DNA of 64,000 bases from Eledone cirrhosa (taxonomy: Eukaryota). The translations under genes and the position numbers were made by a program. The stretch lies in contig OZ024742.1 of assembly GCA_964016885.1 (NCBI GenBank), forward strand, positions 23,436,001 to 23,500,000, given 5' to 3'. The notes under the pieces were generated by a model that worked only from the letters and a program-made list of their open reading frames with translations, had not been told where the DNA came from and did not search any database. Positions 12,752 through 25,854 of the stretch are shown here, piece by piece; the first letter of the stretch is position 1, and each line of letters starts with the position of its first letter.

Positions 12752-14425
12752 CATTACCCATCCATTAACATTGATTTTGCTGTGAAAAGATGTGTGGAGA
12801 TGATCATTGAGAGTGAGGTGGAGTTCTGCGACGTCGACACAGACGAACTGGGCCTCCTACTTAGACTTACCTACGACACTGACTACCTAGACAGCCATGA
12901 CCTTAGACGTTTCTGCCCTAGTAGACCTATAAGAGGTAGACCCCCCCCCCCCACCATAACCTCAATGGCAAAAAAGACTCCCATGGGAAGGTGGATTTGG
13001 TGGACCAAAGCTATACGGAACCCACAAAACAATGATCAGGTAAGAAAAATAATCGCACATGCAATAGGGGCTAGTATCAAAACTACCCTAAAGGGCCACA
13101 TATTTAAGTTCAACGAGAAGATCTACACCCAAAATGAGGGAGCAGCCATCGGCGTCAGCATAGCTGGTGATGTTGCCAACCTTTTCACGGTATGGTGGGA
13201 AAGGAGACTTAAAGATCTCCTTAATGAGAGCTCCATAGACCTCATCATGTACTCTCGTTATGTAGACGATATCAATATAGTTATAAGAACACCCCCACTA
13301 GAGAGCACTAACAAGTTTGATTTAGAACGTAGCACGATGGAAAGCATCCAGCAGATAGCTACTTCCATACACCAGAGTATAACTGTAACTATCGACTTCC
13401 CTTCCAAACACCCTAACAATAGACTACCTGTATTAGACACAGAACTCTGGATTAACACTATAGACGAGAGAGCCTAAATTCTCCACTCACACTATGCTAA
13501 ACCCATGGCCTCCAAATACCTGATACTCAAAAACTCAGCAATGTCCAGTAGTGCTAAGTTTAATATTCTGATCGCAGATTTGGTACGAGTGATGAAGAAT
13601 GTGTCCCGCATGTGCGACCCAACAGACATGGAAAGACACATCCAACACTTCATCAACCGTATGCAGTTCTCTGGCTACAACCAAAGAGACAGAATCAGAG
13701 TATACGAAGGAGCCATGGAGAAGTATAAGACCCTCATAGAACTGGACATGAAAGGAATTTGCCCATTATACAGGAGCAAATCATGGAATAGCTTAGATAG
13801 GGCTAGACATAAGATAGGGAAAGCCACCTCATGGTACGACAACCAGAGATACCAGAGTGTCATGTTTGTGGACGCTACCCCTGGAGGGAAATTAGCTAAC
13901 CAGTGTAGAAAGGCCCTGATAAAGACCCACTTAAAAATAAAGGTGGTAGAAAAGCCAGGAACCACCATAAAATCCCTGATCAGCAAAACCTACCCTTTTA
14001 AGAAAACCCACTGTACCAATAGGAAATGTATCATATGTAAGGTGAACCCCCGGATAAACTGTAAAACAAGAAACGTAGTCTATAGCATAAGATGTACAGA
14101 GGGTACTTGCAGAAACATGACAACAACATACATAGGTGAGACAGCTCGTAGCATAGGTGAAAGGATAGACCAACACGGGAGGGGGGGGGGGGGGACTAAA
14201 AGGACGAAAAAACGGGTCAGTACTATACGAACATGCTAGACAACAACATGACGGTAACATAGACAACATAGAAATTAGAATAATATCTAAACATAGAAAT
14301 GACCCAGCAGATAGGCAAATCAGGGAGGCCAGTGAAATAGAAATTAGAAGACCAAGGCAAAACAGAAAGAATGAATGGAATAATAACAACACCCAAACAA
14401 ATAACACTGACCTAAGAGAAGTATA
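12752..14425 (+). pseudogene. PLE-3 RT + GIY-YIG (one in-frame stop, frameshift near poly-G)
   Basis: YPSI, QNEGAAIG..ANLF, RYVDD, LPVLD, YAKPMAS, C..C..C linker, VVYSIRC..YIGETAR..R..H, RQIREA..NRKNEW. Confidence 0.92.
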
Positions 14426-14664
14426 AATAAGTAAATAAAATAAATAAATAAATAAATAAATACATACACAGGCACAATAACAACAAGCACATAAACACAC
14501 ACTAATCACCCATCACACAGCAAACAAAACACTATACACACACGCAAACGCATGTGCAAAGAAGACAAAATAAAATAAACAAACAAGCAAATAAATAAAT
14601 AAATATATAGACAGACTGAATAAAAATGGCGTAGACATACGATACAACAGGAGGAAAATATAGC

Positions 14665-14706
14665 ACCACTGACGATGTTGCAGATCTGCAACGAAAGATT
14701 TATGAT
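14665..14706 (+). ncRNA. Minimal type I hammerhead in PLE-3 pLTR (slightly degenerate)
   Basis: ACCA-CUGACGA-u-GUUGCAG au CUGCAAC-GAAA-GAUU-UA-UGAU. Confidence 0.65.
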
Positions 14707-14909
14707 AAACTATATATATGTGTTTGTGTCTATATTGTATCTGTATTATTGTGGACCGCCGGTCAGTCAATGGCAACATTGAGGACCGAGTATATTAGAT
14801 TACCGATATAAAAGACACAGAAGCGAGAAGCGAAAACCAACCAAACAGTGAGTGTGTTCTGTTATTAATTCTGGCAATATTACACAAATTACCCTCCCCA
14901 AGTATAACA

Positions 14910-14940
<31 letters not shown>

Positions 14941-15729
14941 TATATATATATATATTGAGAGAGACAGATAGGGGAGAGAGAGAGTGAGAGATTTTGCTTG
15001 TCTCAAAATGATCGTGTGAAATATAAATATGTTTTGAAAACATTTTATAAAGCAATAATCTATCTTATTTCACAATCTTACATAAAATCTTTAGAAGATG
15101 TAGAATGTTCAAGCATAGAAAATAACTACAATTATACTCATTTGCTATAAACTAACTAATAAAATAAGGTACAGAACCCTAGAGACGGAGAGGATGTTTG
15201 GCTGGCAACGACTTTTGTATCTCTTGGGGACTTTACCCTAATGTATATAAGCTGTTTCCTATCAATTGACAGTTGCCGTTAATTTCTGAGCTTCATCATC
15301 CTACATCGCTTATGAATTTATTTCCTCAGCATATTGCATGTTCGAAAGTTTGAGCTTCCCACACGATATTTGTTACGTAACATAATTTTAAAATTACATT
15401 TCATATCATAACAGTTGGCAGCAGAATTGGTGATGAGCAGTGTTATAGTACATAAAACAATGCAGGGACAGAATGGATGACATCCCTGATTAAATCATAC
15501 GTGCAGATTGGATGGCCGACAAATTGAGATGGTGGATTAAATTATTTAAGAATGGTTGGTGACAGAAGGTTTGAAGTACCTTACTATATCATGTGTGACC
15601 AAGGGTGGGGTAGCTGAATAATTGAATAACAAGAATAGGTGAAGTGCCGGATTAAGTAACATGAGAACAGTGAATAGTAAAGTAAGAAAAGTGCCAGACT
15701 GAAATATGAATGGGAAAATAGGGGAAAAA

Positions 15730-18270
15730 TACTAATGAGAAGTGGGTAAGATAATAGGTGAATTGTTGTACTAATGGGGGAGATGTGAGGTAATAGGTGA
15801 ATAGTTCTATTAATGAGGGATAGGTGAGATAATAGGTGAAATGTTGTACTAATGAAGTATAGGTGAGATAATAGGTGAAATGTACTAATGAGGGATAGGT
15901 GAGATAATAAGTGAGATGTACTAATGAGGGGTAGGTGAGATAATAGGTGAAATGTTGTACTAATGAGGTATAGGTGAGATAATAGGTGAAATGTACTAAT
16001 GAGGGATAGGTGAGATAATAGGTGAAATGTTGTACTAATGAGGTATAGGTGAGATAATAGGTGAAATGTACTAATGAGGGATAGGTGAGATAATAGGTGA
16101 AATGTACTAATGAGGTATAGGTGAGATAATAGGTGAAATGTTGTACTAATGAGGGATAGGTGAGATAATAGGTGAAATGTACTAATGAGGGATAGGTGAG
16201 ATAATAGGTGAAATGTTGTACTAATGAGGTATAGGTGAGATAATAGGTGAACTGTACTAATGAGGGATAGGTGAGATAATAGGTGAAATGTAATAATGAG
16301 GGATACGTGAGATAATAGGTGAAATGTTGTACTAATGAGGTATAGGTGAGATAATAGGTGAAATGTTGTACTAATGAGGTATAGGTGAGATAATAGGTGA
16401 AATGTTGTACTAATGAGGGATAGGTGAGATAATAGGTGAAATGTTGTACTAATGAGGTATAGGTGAGATTATAGGTGAAATGTTGTACTAATGAGGGATA
16501 GGTGAGATAATAGGTGAAATGGTGTACTAATGAGGGATAGGTGAGATAATAGGTGAAATGGTGTACTAATGAGGGATAGGTGAGATAATTGGTGAAATGT
16601 TGTACTAATGAGACATAGGTGAGATAATAGCTGACATGTTGTACTAATGAGACATAGGTGAGATAATAGCTGACATGTTGTACTAATGAGACATAGGTGA
16701 GATAATAGCTGGCATGTTGTACTCATCAGAGATAGGTGAGATAATAGGTGAAATTTTGTACTAATGAGGTATAGGTGAGATAATAGGTGAAATGTTGTAC
16801 TAATGAGACACAGGTGAAATAATAGGTGAAATGTTGTACTAATGAGACATAGGTGAGATAATAGGTGAAATGTTGTACTAATGAGACACAGGTGAAATAA
16901 TAGGTTAAATGTTGTACTAATGAGACACAGGTGAGATAATAGGTGAAATGTTGTACTAATGAGAGGTAGGTGAGATAATAGGTGAAATGTTATACTAATG
17001 GGACACAGGTGAAATAATAGGTGAAATGTTGTCCTAATGAGAGGTAGGTGAGATAATAGGTGAAATGTTGTACTAATGAGAGATAGGTGAGATAATAGGT
17101 GAAATGTTGTACTAATGAGAGATAGGTGAGATAATAGGTGAAATGTTGTACTAATGAGAGATAGGTGAGATAATAGGTGAAATGTTGTACTAATGAGAGA
17201 TAGGTGAGATAATAGGTGAAATGTTGTACTAATGAGAGATAGGTGAGATAATAGGTGAAATGTTATACTAATGGGACACAGGTGAAATAATAGGTGAAAT
17301 GTTGTACTAATGAGGGATAGGTGAGATAATAGGTGAAATGTTGTACTAATGAGGTATAGGTGAGATAATAGGTGAAGTGTTGTACTAATGAGGAATAGGT
17401 GAGATAATAGGTGAAATGCTGTACTAATGAGACACAGGTGAGATAATTAGTGAAATGTTGTACTAATGAGGGGTGGGTAAGATAATAGGTGAAATGTTGT
17501 ACTAATGATGAATAGGTGAGATAATTGGTGAAATGTTGTACTAATGAGGGGTGGGTAAGATAATAGGTCAAATGTTGTACTCATGAGAGACAGGTGAGAT
17601 AATAGGTGAACTGTTGTACTAATGAGACACAGGTGAGATAATCGGTGAAATGTTGTACTAATGAGACACAGGTGAGATAATTGGTGAAATGTTGTACTAA
17701 TGAGGGGTGGGTAAGATAAAAGGTGAAATGTTGTACTAATGAGGAATAGGTGAGATAATTGGTGAAATGCTGTACTAATCAGGGACTGGTGTGGTAATAG
17801 GTGAAATGTTGTACTAATGAGGGATAAGTGAGATAATAGGTGAAATGTTGTACTGATGAGACACAGGTGAGGTAAAAGGTGAAATGTACTAATTAGAGGT
17901 GGGTGAGATAATAGGTGAAATGATGTACTAATGAGAGACAGGTGAGATAATAGGTGAAATGTTGTACTAATGAGACAAAGGTGAGGTAATAGGTGAAATG
18001 TACTAATTAGATGTGGGTGAGATAATAGGTGAAATGATATACTAATGAGAGACAGGTGAGATAATAGGTGAAATGTTGTTCTAGTGAGACATAGGTGAGA
18101 TAATAGGTGAAATGATGTACTAATGAGACACATGTTAGAAAATAGTGAAATGTTGTACTAATGAGGGATAGGTGAGATAATAGGTGAACTGTTGTTGTAA
18201 TGAAGGATAGGTGAGATAATAGGTGAAACGATATACTAATGAGAGATAGGTGAGATAATAGGTGAAATGG
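15730..18270. repeat. 39/36-bp minisatellite (gtactaatgagggataggtgagataataggtgaaat[gtt])
   Basis: Direct tandem periodicity. Confidence 0.95.
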
Positions 18271-18454
18271 CAGTAGACGCTGGTATTGCTCCATTGGTAA
18301 ATGAAACAGGAAATGGGGCAAAACAGGATCTTCCGTACTAAATGTAGGATGACAAACACAGATACACATAAATGTCATCCACACAGATGCTAAAATGCAC
18401 CCTAACTTCATTCTATCTAAATTACACAATATTACTGCAATAAATTTATTTTTT

Positions 18455-19445
18455 GACTTGTGGTGATATCCGTATAAGGTCTGTTTTGATATCTTCATAA
18501 GGTTTGTGGTGATATCTGCATATGGTCTATAGTGATATATACATAAGCTTTGTGGTAATATCTGTATATAGTTTGTGGTTGTATCTGTAAAGGTTTAGTG
18601 GTGATATCTGTATAAGATTTGTAGTTATATTAGTATAAGTGTTGTGGTGATATCTGCATAAGTTTTGTAGTGATATCTGTATACGGCTTGTGGTGATATC
18701 TTCATAAGGTTTGTGGTGGCATCTTCATATAGGGTTCTGGTGATATTTTCATAAATGTTTGTGGTGATATATATTTAAGGCTTGTGGTGATATCTGTATA
18801 TGGTTTGTGGTGATATATATTTAAGGATTGTTGTGATATCTGTATATGGTTTGCGGTGATATCTGTATATGGTTTGTGGTGATATATATTTAAGGATTGT
18901 TGTGATATCTGTATATGGTTTGTGGTGATATATATTTAAAGCTTGTGGTGATATCTGTATATGGTTTGTGCTGATATATGTACAACATTTTTTGTGATAT
19001 CTGTATATGGTTTGTGGTAATATCTGTATAAGGTTTGTGGTGATATCTGTATAAGGTTTGTGGTGATATCTATATATGGTTTGTGGTAATATCTGTATAT
19101 GATTTATGGTGATATCGGTATAAAGTTTGTAATAATATTTCAATATGTTTTGTGGTGATGTCTCTATAAAATGTGCGGTGATATCTGTATAAGTTTTGTG
19201 GTGATATCTGTATAAGGTTTGTGGTGATATCTGTATATGGTTTTTGGTTATATCTGCATAAGGTTTGTTGTGATATCTGCATATGGTTTGTGGTAATATC
19301 TCTATATAGTTTGTGGTAATATCTGCATAAGGCTTGTGGTGATATCTGTATAAGGTGAGTGGTGATATCTGTATATGATTTGTGGTGATATCTGTATAAG
19401 GTTTGTAGTGATATCTGTATATGATTTGTAGTTATATTTGTATAT
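18455..19445. repeat. 23-bp minisatellite (ggtttgtggtgatatctgtataa)
   Basis: Direct tandem periodicity. Confidence 0.95.
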
Positions 19446-20281
19446 GTTTTATAGCGTTATCTATCTATATGCATTTGTATTCAGTTATTTGAACATATAA
19501 ATTGGTTTGCATTTAATTTATGATTTATCAACTTTTTCCGACACCAAATATGAATAAATAATAGAAGGCCGCCATACTACATATAGAATACAACATGACT
19601 ATTACAATCCAACAAAGATTGCTATGTATATTTATATAACTAATGTGTATTGAACATGTGAATTTGGCGTGCTACTATTGTGTGAGAGAAGCTCCCAGAC
19701 CACAATCACATACCGAGTGGGTGAACCTCATCAAATCAGACCAAGAAAACAATGTTTTTATATGTCTTTCCCTAACTGATACTACCTACTAATGGTAACT
19801 CCTGGCAGACAATATGAAGAATACAAAATGGCTATTAAATTCCAACAAAAATGACTACACATATTTACATAAATAATGTGTATTACACATGTATCTTTTG
19901 TGATATTATTGTGTGATAGATATGGACAAGTAGAACTTCTTGATATAATCTCAATACCCATAAAAACAATAATGATAGATTAAAATATTTCCCATTCCAT
20001 GACTCAGAAAGTAAACATGGGGCTGATAGTTATTTATTATATTCTTTGACATTAGGTGGGTAAGAGACAAAACATATCTGTATGAAGAAGGAAAGAAATG
20101 AAGTCGATTGACATGTTCCCAGACCTTATTTACTGACAGAGTGGGGTGGACCCCATCATATCAGCCCACGGAAACAATATTGCTATCCATTGCTGATACT
20201 CTATACCAATCATGAATCCTGATAGACAATTAATCTTAGGAAACTTTACCAGATTCTTTCGCTACCTATTCGTGATCTATA

Positions 20282-20674
20282 CGAGGGTAATCCCAAAAGT
20301 AGGGTCTCCAAAGCGATGGGGACGCAGATAAACTGTTCGTACAGCTGTTGGCAACAGTGTTGTGATTGGTGCTTCCTTCACTCCCAAAGAAGCATGCGTG
20401 CGCTTCGCTGGGATGCTCAATCTTGGATTGGCAGCCGTTGAGAATGGAGCCTCCGTTGAACGCTACCGCCAAGTGCGAATTTCGCGCAGTTATTATATAC
20501 GAGGGCAATCCCAGAAGTAAGGTCTCGTTCCGAGGAAAACATGCTTAAAGATCGGTGGATCACTCTGGATGCTCTCTGCATTTTGGTTCCTGAGGTTTCC
20601 CGAAGCATCATCCACAGGATATTTACGGAAAAGTTGCAATATCGGAAGGAAACCTTACTTTTGTGATTGCCCTC

Positions 20675-20675
<1 letters not shown>
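20282..20675 (+). mobile_element. Mariner remnants (internally deleted, duplicated 5' TIR)
   Basis: TA-CGAGGG(T/C)AATCCCA.AAGTA.GGTCTC at 20282 and 20500; inverted TIR ~20650-20675; MEPPLNATAKCEFRAVI and DRWITLDALCILVPEVSRSIIHRIFTEKLQYRK (mariner HTH region). Confidence 0.8.
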
Positions 20676-20710
<35 letters not shown>

Positions 20711-20713
<3 letters not shown>

Positions 20714-21439
20714 AAAAAATGGAGAGAAGAATACTGCAGGTTGCACATGGATAACATGTTATAAAATGAGTCCCTCATCAGTGATTTGCCAACGATCATA
20801 GATATTTAATTGCATTAAAAATGATATACCTCACGTTGGTGCAATAATAACTAAATTAAGTTATTAGGACAATTAAAACGCGTAAAGCGAGTGAGACAAG
20901 TAACAACAAAGAAGAAAGCTAACCGTAGATAGGAAGGGCACAAGCTACATAGTTATTCTGTCAGCATAAGCTGGGTGAATATATGAGCGGGTAGAAAAAA
21001 GACCTTTCGAGATGAATCCAAATGTAAGAAAGAAGGAAATTGTTTTCGTCGCGAACGGGGTGAAGTGAGAAGGGGAGAAACAGTGAGTGAGTGAGTGGAA
21101 GTGTGAGGAAGAGGTCAGTAGAGAGAAAGTGTTAACTGACATGACAGAGGGGGCGAAAGAAAGTAAGAGAAACAAAGAGAACGAGGGAGCAGTAAGAGAG
21201 AGAGAGAGAAAAACAGAATCGCAGTTTAGGTAAATATATGTGAAAAAATGGGGAGAAGAATACTGCAGGTTGCACATGGATAACATGCTATAAAATGAGT
21301 CCCTCATCAGTGATTTGCCAACGATCATAGATATTTCATTGCATTAAAAATCATATACCTCACGTTGGTGCAATAATAACTAAATTAAGTTATTAGGACA
21401 ATTAAAACGCGTAAAGCGAGTGAGACAAGTAACAACAAA
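20711..21439. mobile_element. Partial-tandem ~530-bp non-coding element (pLTR-like); family also at 48541-49150 and 50325-50490
   Basis: Direct repeat 20711-20910 / 21240-21439; reverse-complement similarity to 48541-49150. Confidence 0.75.
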
Positions 21440-21533
21440 TATATTGATAAATGTAAATATAAAAGATATATATATATGTATATAATTATATATATATATA
21501 TATATATATATACGAGGGCAATCCCAAATCGAC

Positions 21534-22321
21534 CCGAATTGCTTGGTCGTTTCTATGGCTGTGCGGATAATGGTTTAACCATCGTCTCGGTGTGTTTGGC
21601 CTTTTAACTTACGTTGTTGCTCTAGTTCACTAGCTTCTATGGAGCGCTTGCCACATATCTCGGTAGTTGTTTTTCGCTAATTTCCAATAGCCGAAATACG
21701 ATTCTCGCTAATTTATATTTGTATTAATCACCAGAGTCTAGCTATTAACCAGTTATTTTTTTTTATTTTTTTAGTTAATTCTATTGACTGATTAATAGCT
21801 CTTGTTAATTTTTAAAACCATTCTGTTGAGAGCTTAATTCGTTTTGTGATATTTTACAATTTTGCAATAACAAACATACTGAATTCATCCGCCAAAGCCA
21901 GGGGTCGTCCCCCTTATCACACCCCACGTGAGTTTTGATAACGGTCAGTTCCTTGGCTTTGCACAGAACTAAATGTCTGTTGAAAAAGTAACTTCCTTGT
22001 TCGATCATCATACCGAAAGCTTAACATTATTTGTTTAAGCAGACAGTACCTGATTTAGGAGTTGCAGAAACCCCATACTGGATATTACCAACGTTTCCAG
22101 GGATCCGGGTATAATTTTCAATCATATTTTATTATTTGTTTGATCCGAATTGCTTCGTCATTTCTATGGCTGTGCAGATAATGGTTTAACCATCGTCTTA
22201 GTGTGTTTGGCTTTTTAACTTATGTTGTTTCTTTAGTTCATTAGCTTCTATGGAGCGCTTGCCACACATCTCGGAAGTTGTTTTTCGTTAATTTCCAGTA
22301 GCCGAAATACGATTCTCGCTA
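21534..22321. mobile_element. Element with ~180-bp direct terminal repeats
   Basis: 21534-21711 repeated at 22145-22321; TA flanks. Confidence 0.6.
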
Positions 22322-22322
22322 A

Positions 22323-22384
<62 letters not shown>

Positions 22385-22387
22385 TAT

Positions 22388-22941
22388 AGATATATATATA
22401 TATATAATATATAAGATCAAAAGATGGTTAAGAGAGTTCCATGTATTTTATTATGCGCATTTAAAAAACAAATATCATCATGCAATAACATTTCCGTTTT
22501 CGTCAGATAAAATAGGGAGACATGATATAACAGTTAAAACACACTTGTGAATAGTGCAGTTTTAAATCAACATATGAAAAGTAGATTTAGATTAATGTGA
22601 GATATTGGCCAAAAAAAAAAAAATTGAGGGGTGGTGGTGGTGGAAAGGATGAAAAAGAGGAGGAGATGAGAGTAAAAAGAGGAGGGGGAGGAGTATAATG
22701 AGGAAGGATGAGATAGGAAGAGGGACGGATAGAGAGGGAGAGATAGCTTTTATAACTGATAAAAATGTATTGTTTTACATAGAGAGGTTGAAAAACCGTT
22801 GGAAGATAATATATAAATTAAAAGAATTTGAAAATTAACGAAGAGAAATATTTAGAATAATGTTAAGTTAAGGTTTGTATATTTAAGGGTTTAATAATAT
22901 GTGCGATGCTTTATTGTACTACAATAAAACTCACCTCCTAC
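22388..22941. mobile_element. PLE-derived fragment with inverted pLTR; HHR 22444-22514(-) has GAAA>UAAA
   Basis: Homology to 10856-11178. Confidence 0.65.
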
Positions 22942-23007
<66 letters not shown>

Positions 23008-23025
23008 CATTTTCTATTCCGTTTA

Positions 23026-23062
<37 letters not shown>

Positions 23063-23067
<5 letters not shown>

Positions 23068-23619
23068 TAAACGGAATAGAAAATGCTGACAAATTGTTCA
23101 CAGTTGAAAAATGGTTTAATTAGGAATAAAAGAGTATTAGTGATTGTATGGGTTAGTATTCAGTTGTGGTTTTAAGTTTTTAAGTTTTTACCGGTTGCGC
23201 ATTTCTAAATGCTTTTTAAAAATAATTTTGAGACAGAGTGTCCGTGCTGTTTGCTCTGATCTGATTAGTTTTGGGAATTCTACCTGTTTTTATGTTAAAA
23301 AAGTGGCTCCAATTTGCAAAAATTCTTGTGGTCAAAACAATTTTGATTGGTCGGTAGAGGTCATGTGAATGTAAAAAATTGATTTTGCGCCAAGACTGTT
23401 TTTATGTTAAAAAAGTGGCTCCAGCAAAATTTCTTGTGGTCAAAACAATTTTGATTGGTCGGTAGAGGTCATGTGAATAAAAAATTGGTTTTGCGCCAAG
23501 ATTGAGAAATGACTCTTTCACAACAAATATGTGTGTGTGTGTGTGTAGTTGTAGTAGTAAGGTGTTCGATGTTGTGATAATGGTTAGCAGCGATGTGTGT
23601 CAAATGGCTATTAAGATAA

Positions 23620-23684
<65 letters not shown>

Positions 23685-23750
23685 GCAGAGTAATTCATGG
23701 TGGCAGGGATGGTCAGTAAGAATGTGTCTGAAAGCAATGGGGGTATTTTA
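23063..23750 (+). mobile_element. Unclassified repeat (copy of 8315-8950) with internal tandem duplication
   Basis: Homology; 23284-23393 duplicated at 23396-23500. Confidence 0.6.
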
Positions 23751-24068
23751 GCATGTGTATATATATATATATATATATACACAGATGTAAGCAAAACCAC
23801 AGACCCTCCATCTCAACTCTACTTTTGAAAAGCAGAAGAACTGCGAAGCTGGTAAAGGAACCAAATAAATATATATATTTTTTTTTAAATAAGACTGCAG
23901 TTGCATTTTCGATTTCATCTTTTTTTCTTTATACTTTCACTCGCGAAGGACACGGTTATTTTTCATTCTGTAAAAAAACCTCACTTTCTTATATATATAC
24001 ATATATATAAAATATAAGTTTATTCCGGGTTCAAACGTGGTAGCCACAGTAAGTAAGGTACTCAATAC

Positions 24069-24124
24069 AAAGATTCCTGATGATTTCTCCTGAATGAAAC
24101 AGTTCTAGTCCTGTAGAAGCCTTT
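24069..24124 (+). ncRNA. Type I hammerhead with self-contained stem III
   Basis: AUUC-CUGAUGA-uUUC uccu GAAu-GAAA-CAG uucuaguc CU-GUA-GAAG. Confidence 0.7.
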
Positions 24125-24284
24125 TCTATATTAAATATATATATAAATGTAATCTGAGTTCGATTCGTTTGCAACTTTGCAAACAAGCCTCAATTTTATA
24201 GCAAACTCAGTAGAATGAACACTTCAATCTTGCCCTTGTGTTGGCATGTGAACAGAACTGTACAGCCATGTAGAGCGAAATTTT

Positions 24285-24331
<47 letters not shown>

Positions 24332-24364
24332 TGTGTGTGTGTGTGTGTATATTATATATATATA

Positions 24365-24401
<37 letters not shown>

Positions 24402-24889
24402 TTTAGCAGCCTGAAACCTTTATTAAATATTAATTACAAGAACTTTTCTAAATTGCTTAGAACATCATTGACAGGTTGGCTGCTTGGACAGGAAATGATT
24501 TTCTAATAATGAGAAGAAAAGCAACTTACAGTGAACATAGCCAAAACTTCAACTCTGGTAAATCATTCAGAATTTCTTTACTGTCCTACTAATTAATAGT
24601 TACATAAAGAAACCTACATCTATCATCATCCATGAATATTTCTGGAGGTTTTAATGGATATAATCTTCTTATTCTTGTTGTTGTTAGACCAGAATTGGAG
24701 CTGGCCAAGCAAAACTGTCTTCTTCTCCTTCTCCTCCTCAGCCTTCTTCTTCTTATGAATATTATTATTGTTTATAACAACTCTAATCATAATAATAATA
24801 AAGAAATAATTATTATCGATTTACTCTATTTTCCTTCCACAATATCGTGGGCCTTTTACCTTCTTTTTCTTCTATGCCTACATATTCTT

Positions 24890-25342
24890 GGGTGTGTCAT
24901 TGGGGTAAAGTCCTCAAACACTCCTTCCTGCGTCTCCTGTCAGGAGCAACTGTCTCCAGTTAATACGGTTGCATCGCCAAGTGAGACCAGCCGAGCTCAT
25001 GAATATTATTCAACCATCTTACTCAGGATCTAACTTTGGGTCACATGCCATCCTGCCTGTTGATTTTGCCCATAAAATTTGTCAAGCAATTCTTTTGTGT
25101 GATATTGTAACCCATAGTATTGGATCCTTGATCCCTCAATTCAGAAAAATAACAGTTCAGCCTGGAGAGACTCTCATATTTCTGAGATAGGTACTCTATT
25201 GAGTAATGTTAATCCAAAGACCATATTGAGGGACCTCATTTTGACCGCTTTTAATTGCAATTGGATGCTTTCGGTCATTACCCAAGATTCATCACCATAG
25301 GCAAGGGTTAGCACATATAATTGAAGACAGCGAGTTTGGCTT
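24890..25342 (-). mobile_element. RTE-clade LINE 3' fragment, degenerate
   Basis: TLAYGDESWVMTE..LKAVKMRSL..VRWLNNIHELGWSHL..LETVAPDR, typical RTE/Expander C-terminus. Confidence 0.75.
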
Positions 25343-25854
25343 TTACATCTACCCCCTCCCCTTCTTCTGATTAGTGAATGTTGAAGCTAGCACATTACTG
25401 CCCTAAGTTGCTGCAATTACTTCCCTCAATTCAGACTCCTGCCTTCAACACTCTGTCCAGCCAATATAATAAAATTCCAACTAATACCATCATGTTTTTT
25501 CCTGGATGCAGTGAAAACCAGGAAAACACTATTAATTGTATTTACGCAATTGTAGTGTGTTTTTTTCTTGTTTTTTTTAAGGAGATTTGGCTGCTATTTC
25601 TGATAGATCGAGCATCCATGTGAAATATTTCTTGCCTTTTATTGGGATTGTTGGATATATACTATAATAATTACTTTACCTTGTGGAGGTGTACTGAGTG
25701 AAGTGTGAGGAAGACGTGCAGTGGCAGGTATATCTGAACATGTGTTAATCTTTCTATATTTGTATACATGTGATTATATTTATGGCTATATAGCTCATGC
25801 CACTTATCTACTATGTATGTTCCTATATATGTATTTTGCATGCCAGGTATTTTA

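Larger units (their letters stand above)
12661..14912 (+). mobile_element. Penelope-like element PLE-3, 5'-truncated, with short inverted 5' pLTR
   Basis: 12661-12751 is the reverse complement of 14827-14912; RT/EN ORF; HHR in 3' pLTR; TA flanks. Confidence 0.9.

Noticed and set aside
15730-19445. Repetitive ORFs (HLLSHLSLIST, YTDITT)
   Set aside because: Minisatellite by-products with frame switching between units
19590-20240. Diverged repeats with sushi-like C..G..P.C spacing
   Set aside because: Stops, no clear splice sites; could be chance
21296-21345. SECIS-like AUGA hairpin on minus
   Set aside because: Poor helix 2, no apical AA, no linked UGA-containing ORF
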